A stretch of 64,000 nt of DNA from Candidatus Eiseniibacteriota bacterium (GCA_963703225.1 OY969801.1:320001-384000); one strand, 5' to 3'. Shown: positions 9,676-19,714, counted from the stretch's first letter. The notes: a model not told the origin generated them from the letters alone. Program-made: numbers and translations.

Positions 9676-11964
9676 TTACTCGTTGACCAAGTATTCCTCG
9701 GGGCGGATCTGGAGCGATTGAATCTTGTAAATCAGCGTTGTCCGCTTCATGTTGCCGAGGCTTCGCGCAGCTTCTGCCTTGTTCCCGCGGTGTGCGCGCA
9801 GGGCGAGCAGAATGGCCTCTCGTTCCTCGGCGACGCCAGCCCTTCGTTCTCGCTCACGGCGCAGCGCCTCCGCCGTCTTTGTCGCGTGTCTCGGCAAGAA
9901 TGCTTCGCGATTCACGATCGATCCTGACTCAGCCATTGCCACGACCCGGGCGACCTCGTGCTTGAGTTCGCGGACATTCCCCGGCCAGGTGTACGCGCAC
10001 AGCAATGCCTCGACGTCGTCCGCAAGTCGGAGAGATTTCTTAGAAACCGCCACCGTCTGTGCCCAGAAATGGCGGAACAACACGCGAATATCCTCTTCGC
10101 GCTCCTGCAGCGCAGGCAGCGATATGGAGACGCCATTCAGCCGGTAGTACAGATCCCGGCGAAATATGCCGCGATCAACCAGTTCCTCCAGGTTCGCATT
10201 TGTGGCAGCCACAATCCTCACGTCGATCGTGCGCACATCGTCGCGTCCGAGCGGGCGAACCTCACCCGTTTCGAGAACTCGAAGGAGTGTTGATTGTGCA
10301 GCAAGGGAAAGGTCTCCGATTTCATCTAGGAAGAGCGTTCCAAGGTGCGCCGATGCAATCAGTCCTTCTCGAGTTGAGACTGCACCGGTGAAGGCGCCGC
10401 GCTCGTGGCCGAAAAACTCACTGTCCGCGAGCCCTGGGCTCACCGCACCGCAGTTCACGGCCACAAAAGGGCCTTTGCGGCGATCGCTCATTAGATGGAG
10501 CGCCTTGGCGAAAAGTTCCTTCCCAACTCCGCTTTGGCCCGTGACAAGAACGGGTATTCGATTCGGCGCCACGCTCTGAATGGTGGAGACAGCCTCGCTC
10601 ACTTCCGGATTGCAAGTGATGATCCCGAAGCGAAGTGCGCCACGGTCCAGATTCTCCACACCGGCTAGCGCCGCCACCCCTGGCTCGTCCGGCTGCGGAT
10701 CGGGCTGCGCCTCGAATCCCAGCAATCGTTCGATGTGCTTCGTTTGGAATATGAGCCCAAGGCGCTCGAACGTCCCGCGAGCCTCCCACAGCTGCCGGCG
10801 GCCCAGTGTCGATTCCTCGTCGGTCTTGCCCTGAAGTCGGGCCTCTCCAGCCCATTGGAGGGCCCGAGCCAGCTCGTAGGGTATCTCGTAGCTCTTGCCT
10901 AACTCGATACCCTCCGCGGCAAGACGAAGTGCTTTCCGTGGGTTCCCTGCAGCCCAATTCGCCATTGCGAGCACACGGTGGGTCGCGCACTCCTCGTACC
11001 GATCTCCGGTCTCTCGTGCGACGCGAAGACCTCTGTCGCAGGCGAGAATCGCCCCGTTTGGATCTCCGAGATTTGTGAGAGCCTCGCCAATGCGATGGCC
11101 AAGTTCTGGTATTAGATCGCCCTTCGGTGCGGTCGCCTCTGCGAGGGATTGGGCAGCACGGTAGTGATCGAGCGCCTGCTGGAATTCCTTCTGCGCGAGA
11201 TGGCAATCACCGATGTACTCGAGGCAGATCGCTTCTTCCCTCGAATAGTGTTGATCTCGCGTCGTCGCAAGCGCCGGAGTCAGAATCTCGAGCGCCCGAC
11301 TGAAATGGCGCGTGATAATCAGATACCGAGCGCGTGTGAGCTGGGCCAAGAGCATTGGGAGATTGTGACCGGAGGAGGCCAAGAACCCATCCGCTTCGTC
11401 GAGGAGATGGGGGACGGCCCAGAAGTGACCAGATTTCAGCAACGTGCCGCACAGATTTGTTCGGAGACCGCCAGATTCCCGACTGCTACCAATATCGTCC
11501 GCTGCTGCGATTGCGTTCTCTGCCTCAAATTTCGCGAGTGCCCAGAGGCCCCGGTTCTTGAAGAGAACGACCAGTTGGCGCTGGTGGCGGATGGTTTCCT
11601 CCATATCGTCTAGGTCCCACCGAGCGACATGGATGGCGGCCCGCAAGTGCTCCTCTGCTCTCCTCAAATTTCCCATCCGAAGGTGGGCAATGCCCAAGAG
11701 AGCATGCGACCTGCAAAGTTGCGCAGGCACGCCGCCTCTTGACAATCGCGGGATGACTCCATTTCCGACGGTCACAATCTCATCCCAATTCCCTAGATTG
11801 TGCAGACAGTCCAATTGCAATTCGATAGCGTCAGCCAGTAATGGAGTCATCTCAAGGCTGGGGAAGGTTAGGGAACCTCTAAGCAACTCGAGGGCCTCGG
11901 GGAGCCTGCCTCGAGACTTCAGGTCCCTGACGTGAGCGAGGAATTCCCTATCGAGTTGAATCAT
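9676..11964 (-). CDS. TPR-repeat sigma54-dependent enhancer-binding protein (TPR-AAA+-Fis HTH)
   Basis: About 420-aa helical TPR-like N-terminus, Walker A GQSGVGKE, intact GAFTGA, Walker B LFLDEIG, FRRDLYYRL, WPGNVREL and a C-terminal HTH GNKAEAARSLG. Confidence 0.92.
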   Translation of the reverse strand: MIQLDREFLAHVRDLKSRGRLPEALELLRGSLTFPSLEMTPLLADAIELQLDCLHNLGNWDEIVTVGNGVIPRLSRGGVPAQLCRSHALLGIAHLRMGNLRRAEEHLRAAIHVARWDLDDMEETIRHQRQLVVLFKNRGLWALAKFEAENAIAAADDIGSSRESGGLRTNLCGTLLKSGHFWAVPHLLDEADGFLASSGHNLPMLLAQLTRARYLIITRHFSRALEILTPALATTRDQHYSREEAICLEYIGDCHLAQKEFQQALDHYRAAQSLAEATAPKGDLIPELGHRIGEALTNLGDPNGAILACDRGLRVARETGDRYEECATHRVLAMANWAAGNPRKALRLAAEGIELGKSYEIPYELARALQWAGEARLQGKTDEESTLGRRQLWEARGTFERLGLIFQTKHIERLLGFEAQPDPQPDEPGVAALAGVENLDRGALRFGIITCNPEVSEAVSTIQSVAPNRIPVLVTGQSGVGKELFAKALHLMSDRRKGPFVAVNCGAVSPGLADSEFFGHERGAFTGAVSTREGLIASAHLGTLFLDEIGDLSLAAQSTLLRVLETGEVRPLGRDDVRTIDVRIVAATNANLEELVDRGIFRRDLYYRLNGVSISLPALQEREEDIRVLFRHFWAQTVAVSKKSLRLADDVEALLCAYTWPGNVRELKHEVARVVAMAESGSIVNREAFLPRHATKTAEALRRERERRAGVAEEREAILLALRAHRGNKAEAARSLGNMKRTTLIYKIQSLQIRPEEYLVNE

Positions 11965-12001
11965 TGGTTCCCCGGCCTGATTCTCGTCTCAAACTAGCCG
12001 A

Positions 12002-12313
12002 CTACCTGTTCGTTCCACGCCAGATCGCCAGGTAGCCAAGGACGGCCGCAATGAGCGCAGGTAGCTTCGCTACCTGGCTCGTGGTGCGGCCAATTGCGAG
12101 ATTCGGCGGTGCAGATGTAGCTTTCGCCCGGGCTCCCGGACCCGGGGCTGGTCCTTGATTCCCGGTGTCATCCGGGTCGCCCATCTCAATCGGGGGACGG
12201 GTCCTTGCGATAGCGTGTCTGGCAGGTTGGAATGCTGCGAGAGACACGCAGGTCGACAAAGCGAGCGCGATCAAGAAGCGATCCCGGAACTGGATTCCGT
12301 TTGATGCCTTCAT
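12002..12313 (-). CDS. Small exported protein (signal peptide, EMGDPDD core, C-terminal hydrophobic segment); candidate peptide precursor
   Basis: MKASNG...FLIALALSTCVSLAAFQPARHAIA|RTRPPIEMGDPDDTGNQGPAPGP...LPALIAAVLGYLAIWRGTNR; ends 37 nt before the activator start, same strand. Confidence 0.6.
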   Translation of the reverse strand: MKASNGIQFRDRFLIALALSTCVSLAAFQPARHAIARTRPPIEMGDPDDTGNQGPAPGPGARAKATSAPPNLAIGRTTSQVAKLPALIAAVLGYLAIWRGTNR

Positions 12314-12675
12314 GGCATTCGTACCCTTACAATGTGCCGGCGCTTCGTTCGACCGAGGGGACGGTCGAGGTGATGCGATGGAACATCGAGGTGTTATGGT
12401 CAATAGTTGTTGATCGAGTCCCTGAGTGGGCTGGGGGTTGGTCCAATGATGAACAGGGGCGATCGAATCTGCGGGGTAGGTTGCTCATGTTCATGACTCC
12501 CCCGATCACAAATCTAGGGGAAAACCAGCTAACACTATACAGGACTGGACCCACCGAGGCAATTCTATTTTTCAGCCCCGACCACCGCATGTCAAAGGGC
12601 TTCATTTTCAAGATGGCCCCCTGCGGGCCCTCCCTAGCGTTTCCTCTACCATCCAACCCACCGTAGTATTGATCC

Positions 12676-15600
12676 ATGCCTGATCGATCAAGAGTTCCCG
12701 AGGAACTTCCAAAACGTTACGTTCCGCTTTCTCTTCTGGGCGTCGGGGGCTCGGGCCGTGTGCTCCGCGTCCATGACTCAATCCGAGGCGTCGAGCTCGC
12801 ACTCAAGATCGTCACGCCCTCAGAGTCGATTTGGCTCCGCCGCGAGTTCGATACGCTTCGTCAGATTCGACACGAGAACCTGATTGAGGTCTTCGATTGG
12901 GGTGCACTTCCCACTGGTGATGCGTACTACACAATGGAATTGATTCAAGGTGGCGACTGGGCAAGCCGCATCGGTGCACCACAGTCAGCCGACGAAGTCG
13001 GACGCATTCTCATTGGCGTTCTCCGCGGCCTGGCGCATCTCCACTCTCACGGAGAGATTCACGGTGACCTGAAGCCCAGCAATGTTCTTCTGGGCGAGGG
13101 CGGTCTAGTCAAGATCGTTGACGTGGGGATGGGACGTGGCTCCGGAGGCTCGATGAGCCTAGCCGGCACCCCGGGGTATGCAGCTCCCGAGATATGGGAG
13201 GGGGCAATACCAGACGTTCGAGCAGACATCTATTCAGTCGGCGTAATGATCTATGAAGCTTTGACCGGGCAGCATCCCTTCGGTGGACGCACTATCCGCG
13301 AGGTCGTATCGGGCCAGTTGGAGGGATGGGTGGCTTCGCCATCGATGCATGGGGTGAGTGTGCCGGCCAATCTCGAGCGGGGAATGATGCGTTCGATTGA
13401 GCGGAATCCCGGCCTCCGGCAAGCGAGTGCCGACGAATTCATGGAAGGTCTGAACGTACAGGACAGAATTGGGGAAATCTTCGGCGGGAAGTTCTGCGGC
13501 AGGGCTGCGGAACTGGCGCAAGTCGAGGAACTCATCAATTCGGATGATCCTGGACGGATGACGCTGGTATTTGTCTCTGGCCCCTCCGGCGTTGGCAAGA
13601 CGGCGTTCCTCGCAGAATTTTCCCAGAGGCTGATCTCGGTCGGTGGGATGAGCCGCCATCTCGACATATCTCCGCAGGCCAGCCCGGCCCGGGTACTCTT
13701 TGAGGAAATGACGAGACTGGGTATGAAGCATGACGGCGCAGGCGATCCTAGCGAATCGGCAATCGCCGAATTTCTTTGGACGCTTTCCAGAGATCGCCGA
13801 CTTCTCATATGGGCGGACCCGAGAGAAGAAGAGATCTCATCGACCATAAACGCCGTAGCCTCGCTTGCCAGGTTCCTTTGGGCGTTATCATCCGAGCGGA
13901 AGGCACCTAGGCGGCTCCTCTTTGCGGTGGCGTTAAATCGGTCTTCCCAAGATGAGAAGACGTTCGCGATCGATCTGCAATTGCGCCCGTTCTCGGTCGA
14001 GGAGCTAGGGCTTCAGGTGGCCGGCATACTTGGAAAAGCCCGGCTACGGCCCGAGGTCCTTGAGAAGATTCATTCCGTGACGGGAGGTTTGCCTGGCTCT
14101 GTCAGTGCAGCCGTGGCGGACCTGGTCCAGAGAGGCATTCTCGAGCGGCGAGAAGGCTGCTGGGGTTTCCATGAGGTCCAGGAGCTCCAGACGCTTGAGT
14201 TCCCAGGCTGGGAGAGTCGATGGGAGGTCGCTTGGGACAACCTTACCAGCGGCGAGCGCGAAATCATGCAGTCCCTGAGTTTGCTGAATGGTGGCATTCC
14301 CACTCGCTCGCTACCCTGCCTACAGCAAATCTCGGAGCCCCTCGAACCCCTCCGCTCCTTGAGCACCAAGGGATGGGCCAAGCCGGTCGGAGATAGGTGG
14401 AAGCCAATGTCGGAGGAAGTCCGCCGCGCGGTTCTTCGCCGGTCAGACACAGACAGGCTCCGCTCGATGGGGTTGAAGCTGCTTGCCGTCGGTCCAAGTG
14501 CCTTCGACCGTGAAGATATTGCTGATTTGATGATCGCCTATGCTCCCTCTGAGTTGTCCCTCTCAGAAGGTCTATGGGCGGCGGGGAAATCTGCGGAGCG
14601 GGGGGGGCATCGACAGGCGATCGCCCGCCTTAGGGGGTGCATCGCGCTCGCGAAGGTACTCGGTGACCGCACTACGGAGCAAACAGCAAGCCTCGCACTT
14701 GCTCGTGCGCTAAATCAAGTCGGCCGAGCGGAAGAGGCACTGCAGAACTTGATCGCCCAGGATTCCTGGGAGATCAACGAAACACCATTGAAGATCATGG
14801 CCGAGCGCGAATACTTGTTGGGTGTTTGTGAGAAAAACCTTGGGAATCTTCAGGCTGCGAAGGCTCACCTCGGATGCGCAGCAGAACTGGGGGAGGCGGA
14901 AGGCGCGAGAGCGCTGGTGGTACGGAGCCAATCGGAACTAGCTGAGATCGAGTGGCGGTATGGTGATGAAGAGACGCGAGCTATCGCGATTCAAAGGATT
15001 CGCTCAGCCTTGAGTTTAGCGATTGAAGCGGGTTCTTCGCCAGATGAGCTCGCCGCTCTCACGTACCAACTCGGATCTGCACTAATACTCTCTAGCCGGC
15101 GAGAGGAAGCACGAGCCGTGCTCTTGCAAGGTTTAGCTTCGCCGTGCAACGACTACTGGAAAATGAGGCTCGCAAATGCCGACTCGTCAGCCGCGTATTA
15201 CTTGGGCAGATTCGAGGACGCCCTTGCCATGGTTGATCGCGCGTGGCAGCTTGCCGAAAAGATTGGTGAAGACCATTTCAAGCCCAGGATATTGTCGAAC
15301 CGAGCTGGGGTGCACTATGCACTTGGCAGGATACACGAGGTATTGGGTGACGACCTGTTGGCGGCGCAGTGGTCGCTTCGGACAGGCAATGCATACGACT
15401 TCATTACCAGTTCAAATGGCGCCGCAATTTCGTTGATCCTCTTAGGAAAGTACGAGGACGCAATCGAGCATTCGCTAAAGGGGGAGAAAGCCGCGATCCG
15501 ACTTGGGCAGAGAGGCGAGCAGGCCGTCTCAATCGGTCTCCAAGCGCAAGCGGCCTTCTTGATCGGGGATCACTCCCGATCGGAAGTGCTGACGCATAGA

Positions 15601-16199
15601 GCCCTGGAGCTGACCAGAGACGCATCCTCAGCAAGGAGTGCTCCCCGCATCATGTGGCTCCTCGGGAAATTGCTGTCGGCGAAGGGGGATCGATCAGGCG
15701 CTGAGCGAGTGCTACTGGAGGCAGAGCAGCAGTTACTTCAGTCTAAGGATTGGGAAGATCTACCGGGGGTCCAGATCGAAATGCAGCGTGTCTTCTTCCG
15801 GAAGAAGGACCCGGGATTCCGCCTGGAAGAGGTGAGACGTTTGCGCTCGTGCCAGCGGGAGGGGCTCTGATCGTCTATCTGTAGGGGCCATCGTCATGGC
15901 GGAGATCGTCATGGCAGACGGGATTGATGATGGGGAAGGTGGCGAGTTCCTTCTCGAGCCCTTGGGAGGGCGGAGGAATCTGGTGCCGCGGAAATCAGTT
16001 GGCGACTCAGCCATGTCCTCGGCGAGCTGGCGATCCGGAAAGCCGACATGCGCGGCGCTCTGCTCGCTTTGCGCATGCTGTGAGAAGGCTTGGAGAGGTC
16101 GCTGATCGCCTTACTCCGGAGCATCGTCGATTCTATTTGAAGACTGCGCATGCCCGTCGCCTCCTGGAACGCGCGTCCGCTGCTACGCAGACGGGCTAG
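12676..16199 (+). CDS. Ser/Thr protein kinase - P-loop ATPase - TPR multidomain protein (C-terminus broken by indels at about 15840-16080)
   Basis: Hanks motifs GVGGSG, ALK, HGDLKPSN, DVG, GTPGYAAPE, DIYSVG; GRAAEL then GPSGVGKT; long TPR-like region. Main ORF stops at 15870 but helical coding fragments continue (EISWRLSHVLGEL; VADRLTPEHRRFYLK...*) to 16199. Confidence 0.85.
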
Positions 16200-16397
16200 C
16201 TACGGATTTACGTTGTTACCGGCCGGGTTGACGTTGTTACCCGCGTTGCTTGTGACAGCGCCACTGTTCTGCGCGGTGTCGGTCGACGGGCCCATCAGCG
16301 TGTTCTCGCCGCAGCCGGTCGAGAGGAGAGCCGCCATCAAGAAGACGCTTGTCGCTACCAGCCTGAGTCCCTTTTTCATTCCGCTCGTCCGTTCCAT
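16200..16397 (-). CDS. 65-aa lipoprotein-like peptide precursor with C-terminal tandem heptapeptide AGNNVNP x2
   Basis: RBS AGGAGG before ATG 16397; MERTSGMKKGLRLVATSVFLMAALLSTGC (lipobox-like) GENTLMGPSTDTAQNSGAVTSN-AGNNVNP-AGNNVNP*. Confidence 0.75.
   Translation of the reverse strand: MERTSGMKKGLRLVATSVFLMAALLSTGCGENTLMGPSTDTAQNSGAVTSNAGNNVNPAGNNVNP
16203..16244. repeat. Imperfect 21-bp tandem repeat x2 encoding AGNNVNP
   Basis: cggatttacgttgttaccggc / cgggttgacgttgttacccgc; all differences are synonymous on the minus strand. Confidence 0.9.
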
Positions 16398-16456
16398 CTG
16401 AGCCTCCTGGTTTCGGCACCTTCTGTGGTGCCCCCCATATCTGGCTTCCCAGTAGG

Positions 16457-16471
16457 GCAACCGAGGTGCCA
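16457..16471 (-). promoter_or_regulatory. Sigma54 (-24/-12) promoter
   Basis: Minus strand TGGCAC-CTCGG-TTGC matches the consensus TGGCAC-N5-TTGC, about 60 nt upstream of the peptide ATG, with an AT-rich tract further upstream. Confidence 0.85.
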
Positions 16472-16753
16472 CGGAGGAGTCTCGGGCATGGAGAGGGGAA
16501 GGCGGCTCAAGAATGTCTAAAACATTTATTAATATAGACTTAGGCCCAATCAAAATCGACCAATTTTTGGCCACCGAGGAGGGATGATCGAGGCCCAGAA
16601 ACTTGGGTGGTTCAACCGAGGGGCAAGAGGCGCAGCGGAGGGACTATTTCGACCTAATTGACTGCTACTAGTCCAGTTAAGTGGATTGGTTCAGATGAAC
16701 CAGGTGGGGTGGGATTTCCCGCAAGCCGGGGCGAGGGCCTAAAACGCTATAAT

Positions 16754-17899
16754 CTACGGCGAATAAATCAATTCCCTTGGAATCGAGTTCAACCCGGGTC
16801 TTCCACCGGCCACCTGGGCGTAGGTTCGTAGGAAGGACTCGGGACCCTCCTCGATGACCCGCCTGAGCGCGGCCCTCCCGTACGCCATCTCGATCCGGTG
16901 CGCCGCGAACATCCCGCTGATCGCCCCGTATTTGCTCCAGAGGGGTCCGGTACCCGCGAGCTGGAGCATTTCCAATTTGTCGCCGCGGGCGGAGCCCGGC
17001 TGGCGGATCCGCTTGCATGCGGTGGCGAGTTGGGCAAACGCGAAGTTTTCGCGGGTGCTGGGCTTCCACGTGAACATAGAGTCCGACCCGGGCCGCGTGC
17101 GCCAATCGATGTAGTGCGCCATCCCCTCGTCGATCATCACCTCGCGGATGTACGCCATCTCGGACTTGGGCGCGCCGCGATAGGGGACCCACCCGGGGAG
17201 GGTGGGCTCCACCTGGTGCAGGCTCGCGTGAAACGTCTCGTGGGCCAGTATGTGGCGAAGGCCGCTCATTCGTTCCTCGACGGTGGGTCCGTACGTGAGG
17301 ACCTCGGTCAGGTTGACCAGGATGACGGGCATGGTATCGCCGTCCGCGCTCTCCCCGAGCGTCACGGCGTCGAACGAGGTCTGGCTCGAAATGACGAACC
17401 AGATCTTGATCGGCTTCCAAAACTTCGACGCGGGGAGGTAGGGCGCGACCTCCGACGTGATTTGCGAGGAGAGAGCCGCCTTTCCCTTGACGATCTCAAA
17501 GGCGAGGGCCGCGATGGAGTCCTGATCCTTGTAGGCGGGGTCCATTCCAAATCCGCAGGCGCCCGAATCGGGCAGCTCGAGCGCGCGGGCCACATCGGCC
17601 TCGGTCGAGACGCACATGAATTGCTCGTGGACGAACTTCCGGAGAGTTCGGAGGGCGGGCATGGCGGCGATGCGCTTTGCTTCTGCGCGCGACCGCCCGT
17701 CTCCGGTGCCCTCGCGCCCGCCCATCTTCCAGAGCGAGAGGACGCTCGCCGCTGGGGAGATATCGAGCACGACGTCGCGCGCGCCGAGGGGGCGTGCCGC
17801 GCGGTCGGCCGCCCACCCATCCGTCGCCGAGGCGAGGACGAGCGAAAGAATCAGAAAGCAGGCCGCGAGACGGAGGTGGCTCAGGATGTCACGCCCCAT
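16754..17899 (-). CDS. Secreted putative Zn-dependent protease (DUF5700/DUF2268-like)
   Basis: Signal peptide; AHETFH followed by DEGMAHY (HExxH...E). Confidence 0.65.
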   Translation of the reverse strand: MGRDILSHLRLAACFLILSLVLASATDGWAADRAARPLGARDVVLDISPAASVLSLWKMGGREGTGDGRSRAEAKRIAAMPALRTLRKFVHEQFMCVSTEADVARALELPDSGACGFGMDPAYKDQDSIAALAFEIVKGKAALSSQITSEVAPYLPASKFWKPIKIWFVISSQTSFDAVTLGESADGDTMPVILVNLTEVLTYGPTVEERMSGLRHILAHETFHASLHQVEPTLPGWVPYRGAPKSEMAYIREVMIDEGMAHYIDWRTRPGSDSMFTWKPSTRENFAFAQLATACKRIRQPGSARGDKLEMLQLAGTGPLWSKYGAISGMFAAHRIEMAYGRAALRRVIEEGPESFLRTYAQVAGGRPGLNSIPRELIYSP

Positions 17900-19664
17900 C
17901 GAAGAGGCGCGCGATGAGATCTTGATGTCGATCGGCCACCACCTTGCGCTTCACCTTGAGCGATGGTGTCAGGGAGCCGTTCTCGACGGAGAGATCGTCG
18001 GGGATCAGCTCGAACCGTTTCACCTTTTCGAATTGGGCGAGGCCGCTGTTCACGCGATCCACCTCCGCCGCCACCTCCTCGCGCGTCGCGCCTTTGGCCG
18101 GCACGATCAGCGCGGCGATGTACTTCCTTCCTTCACCCAGGACGAGGGCTTCCTGGATCTTGGGCGAGACCTTGAGCGCGTCCTCGATCATCTGGGGCGC
18201 CACCTTCTTCCCGCCCGAAGTTGCGATGAGGTCCTTCTTGCGATCGGTGATCCGGAGATGGCCGTCGGGATCCAGCGCGCCGATGTCGCCTGTGTAGAAC
18301 CAGCCATCCTGGAGCGCCGCCGCGGTATCCTGCGGACGATTCCAGTAGCCCTTCATCACGACGGGCCCACGGACCAGGATCTCGCCGTCCCCCGCGATCT
18401 TGACCTCGATGGTTTCGAAAAGGGGTCCGACGGTTCCGATTCGGAAGCTCTCGAATCGGTTCACGCAGATCGCCGAAGAAGTCTCGGTGAGCCCGTAGCC
18501 CTCAAAGATTGGCATCCCCACGCCATAGAAGAACAGCGCGATTTCTCGGTGGAGCGCGGCGCCTCCCGAGACCCGCAGCCGCACCCGGCCGCCGAGCCGG
18601 CCGCTCAGCCTTGCGTAGACGAGAAATCCGGCGAGCGCGTGCTGGAATGAGAGCCCTAAGCTCACCGCGGCGCGGGAATCGCGTCGCTCGGCCCATTCCA
18701 GTGCGACTTTGCGGCCCCAGCGGGAGAGGTTTGCCCGTGGGAACCCCATCGATTCGGAGACCTCGATCGCGCGCGCCTCCAGCTTCTCATAGAACCGCGG
18801 CACCGCGATGAGGATGGTGGGGCGAACTTCCAGGAGATTCACCGGCATGCGATCGGGCGATTCGGCGTAGGCGATGGTGGCCCCGGCCTGGATCATCGTG
18901 TAGAGCCCCGAGCAGCGCTCGAGGACGTGGCTCAAGGGGAGAAACGAGAGGTAGATATCCCGTGAGTTGACAGCCATGGCCCGAAGGGCGAGCGTCGCCT
19001 CGGAGGTCAGGTTTCCGTGCGTGAGCATGACCCCTTTGGGAGTGCCGGTGGTTCCGGAGGTGTAGATGATCGAGGCCAGCGTGTCGGGTCCGATGGCCGG
19101 CTCTGCGGCGGGCCCGATGGCCGGCTGGGCTCCGGGCGCGCTGGCGGAGCGCGCGCCAGGAACCGCGTTGTCTCCCCGCCGCTCTCCACCTCCCGCTTCC
19201 GGCAGCGCCTCCTCGTCAAAGCACCAGATCCATCGAATGGAGGGCGCGACGGCGCGGCTCGCTTCGATCTTTCCCTTCTGATCTCGATTCGAGACGAACG
19301 CAGCCACACATCCGGCATCGGCCAAGAGCGGCGCGACCTGGTTGGCGGGCAGCGAGGGGTAGATCGGCACGGTCACGGCGCCCACGGAGAGGATCGCCAT
19401 GTCCACCAGCGCCCACTCCAGCCGGCTCTCGCTCAAGATCGCGACACGGTCGCCATGGGCGATGCCCCGCACCCTGAGCGCGGAAATCAACAACTCGACG
19501 CGCGCGGCAACCGATGCCATCGCGACGGGCTCCCAACGGTCGCCGCGGCGGATGAGAAACGCGTCCCGCTTCTGATGCCGCTGAAGCGCCTCGCGGAGCA
19601 AATCCGGTATGGTTGTGGCGTCCACTCGTTGACCTCCCTCGGTCACTGTGACACACTCCGGCAA
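17889..19664 (-). CDS. fadD: Long-chain fatty acid-CoA ligase
   Basis: IIYTSGTTGTPKGVMLTH, EGYGLTE, GWFYTGDIG, TDRKKDLI, TPSLKVKR. Confidence 0.9.
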   Translation of the reverse strand: MPECVTVTEGGQRVDATTIPDLLREALQRHQKRDAFLIRRGDRWEPVAMASVAARVELLISALRVRGIAHGDRVAILSESRLEWALVDMAILSVGAVTVPIYPSLPANQVAPLLADAGCVAAFVSNRDQKGKIEASRAVAPSIRWIWCFDEEALPEAGGGERRGDNAVPGARSASAPGAQPAIGPAAEPAIGPDTLASIIYTSGTTGTPKGVMLTHGNLTSEATLALRAMAVNSRDIYLSFLPLSHVLERCSGLYTMIQAGATIAYAESPDRMPVNLLEVRPTILIAVPRFYEKLEARAIEVSESMGFPRANLSRWGRKVALEWAERRDSRAAVSLGLSFQHALAGFLVYARLSGRLGGRVRLRVSGGAALHREIALFFYGVGMPIFEGYGLTETSSAICVNRFESFRIGTVGPLFETIEVKIAGDGEILVRGPVVMKGYWNRPQDTAAALQDGWFYTGDIGALDPDGHLRITDRKKDLIATSGGKKVAPQMIEDALKVSPKIQEALVLGEGRKYIAALIVPAKGATREEVAAEVDRVNSGLAQFEKVKRFELIPDDLSVENGSLTPSLKVKRKVVADRHQDLIARLFDGA

Positions 19665-19714
19665 CCGGTGGCTACCTCCGACCGCACCTCGCCACTCTGC
19701 TGAGCGCGCCGATC

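Noticed and set aside
16398..16574. N-terminal extension of the peptide ORF (124-aa call)
   Set aside because: It spans the sigma54 promoter; the strong RBS and signal peptide place the start at 16397.
9676..16750. Integrative mobile element or prophage
   Set aside because: No integrase, transposase, tRNA or flanking direct repeats seen; only a compositional shift.
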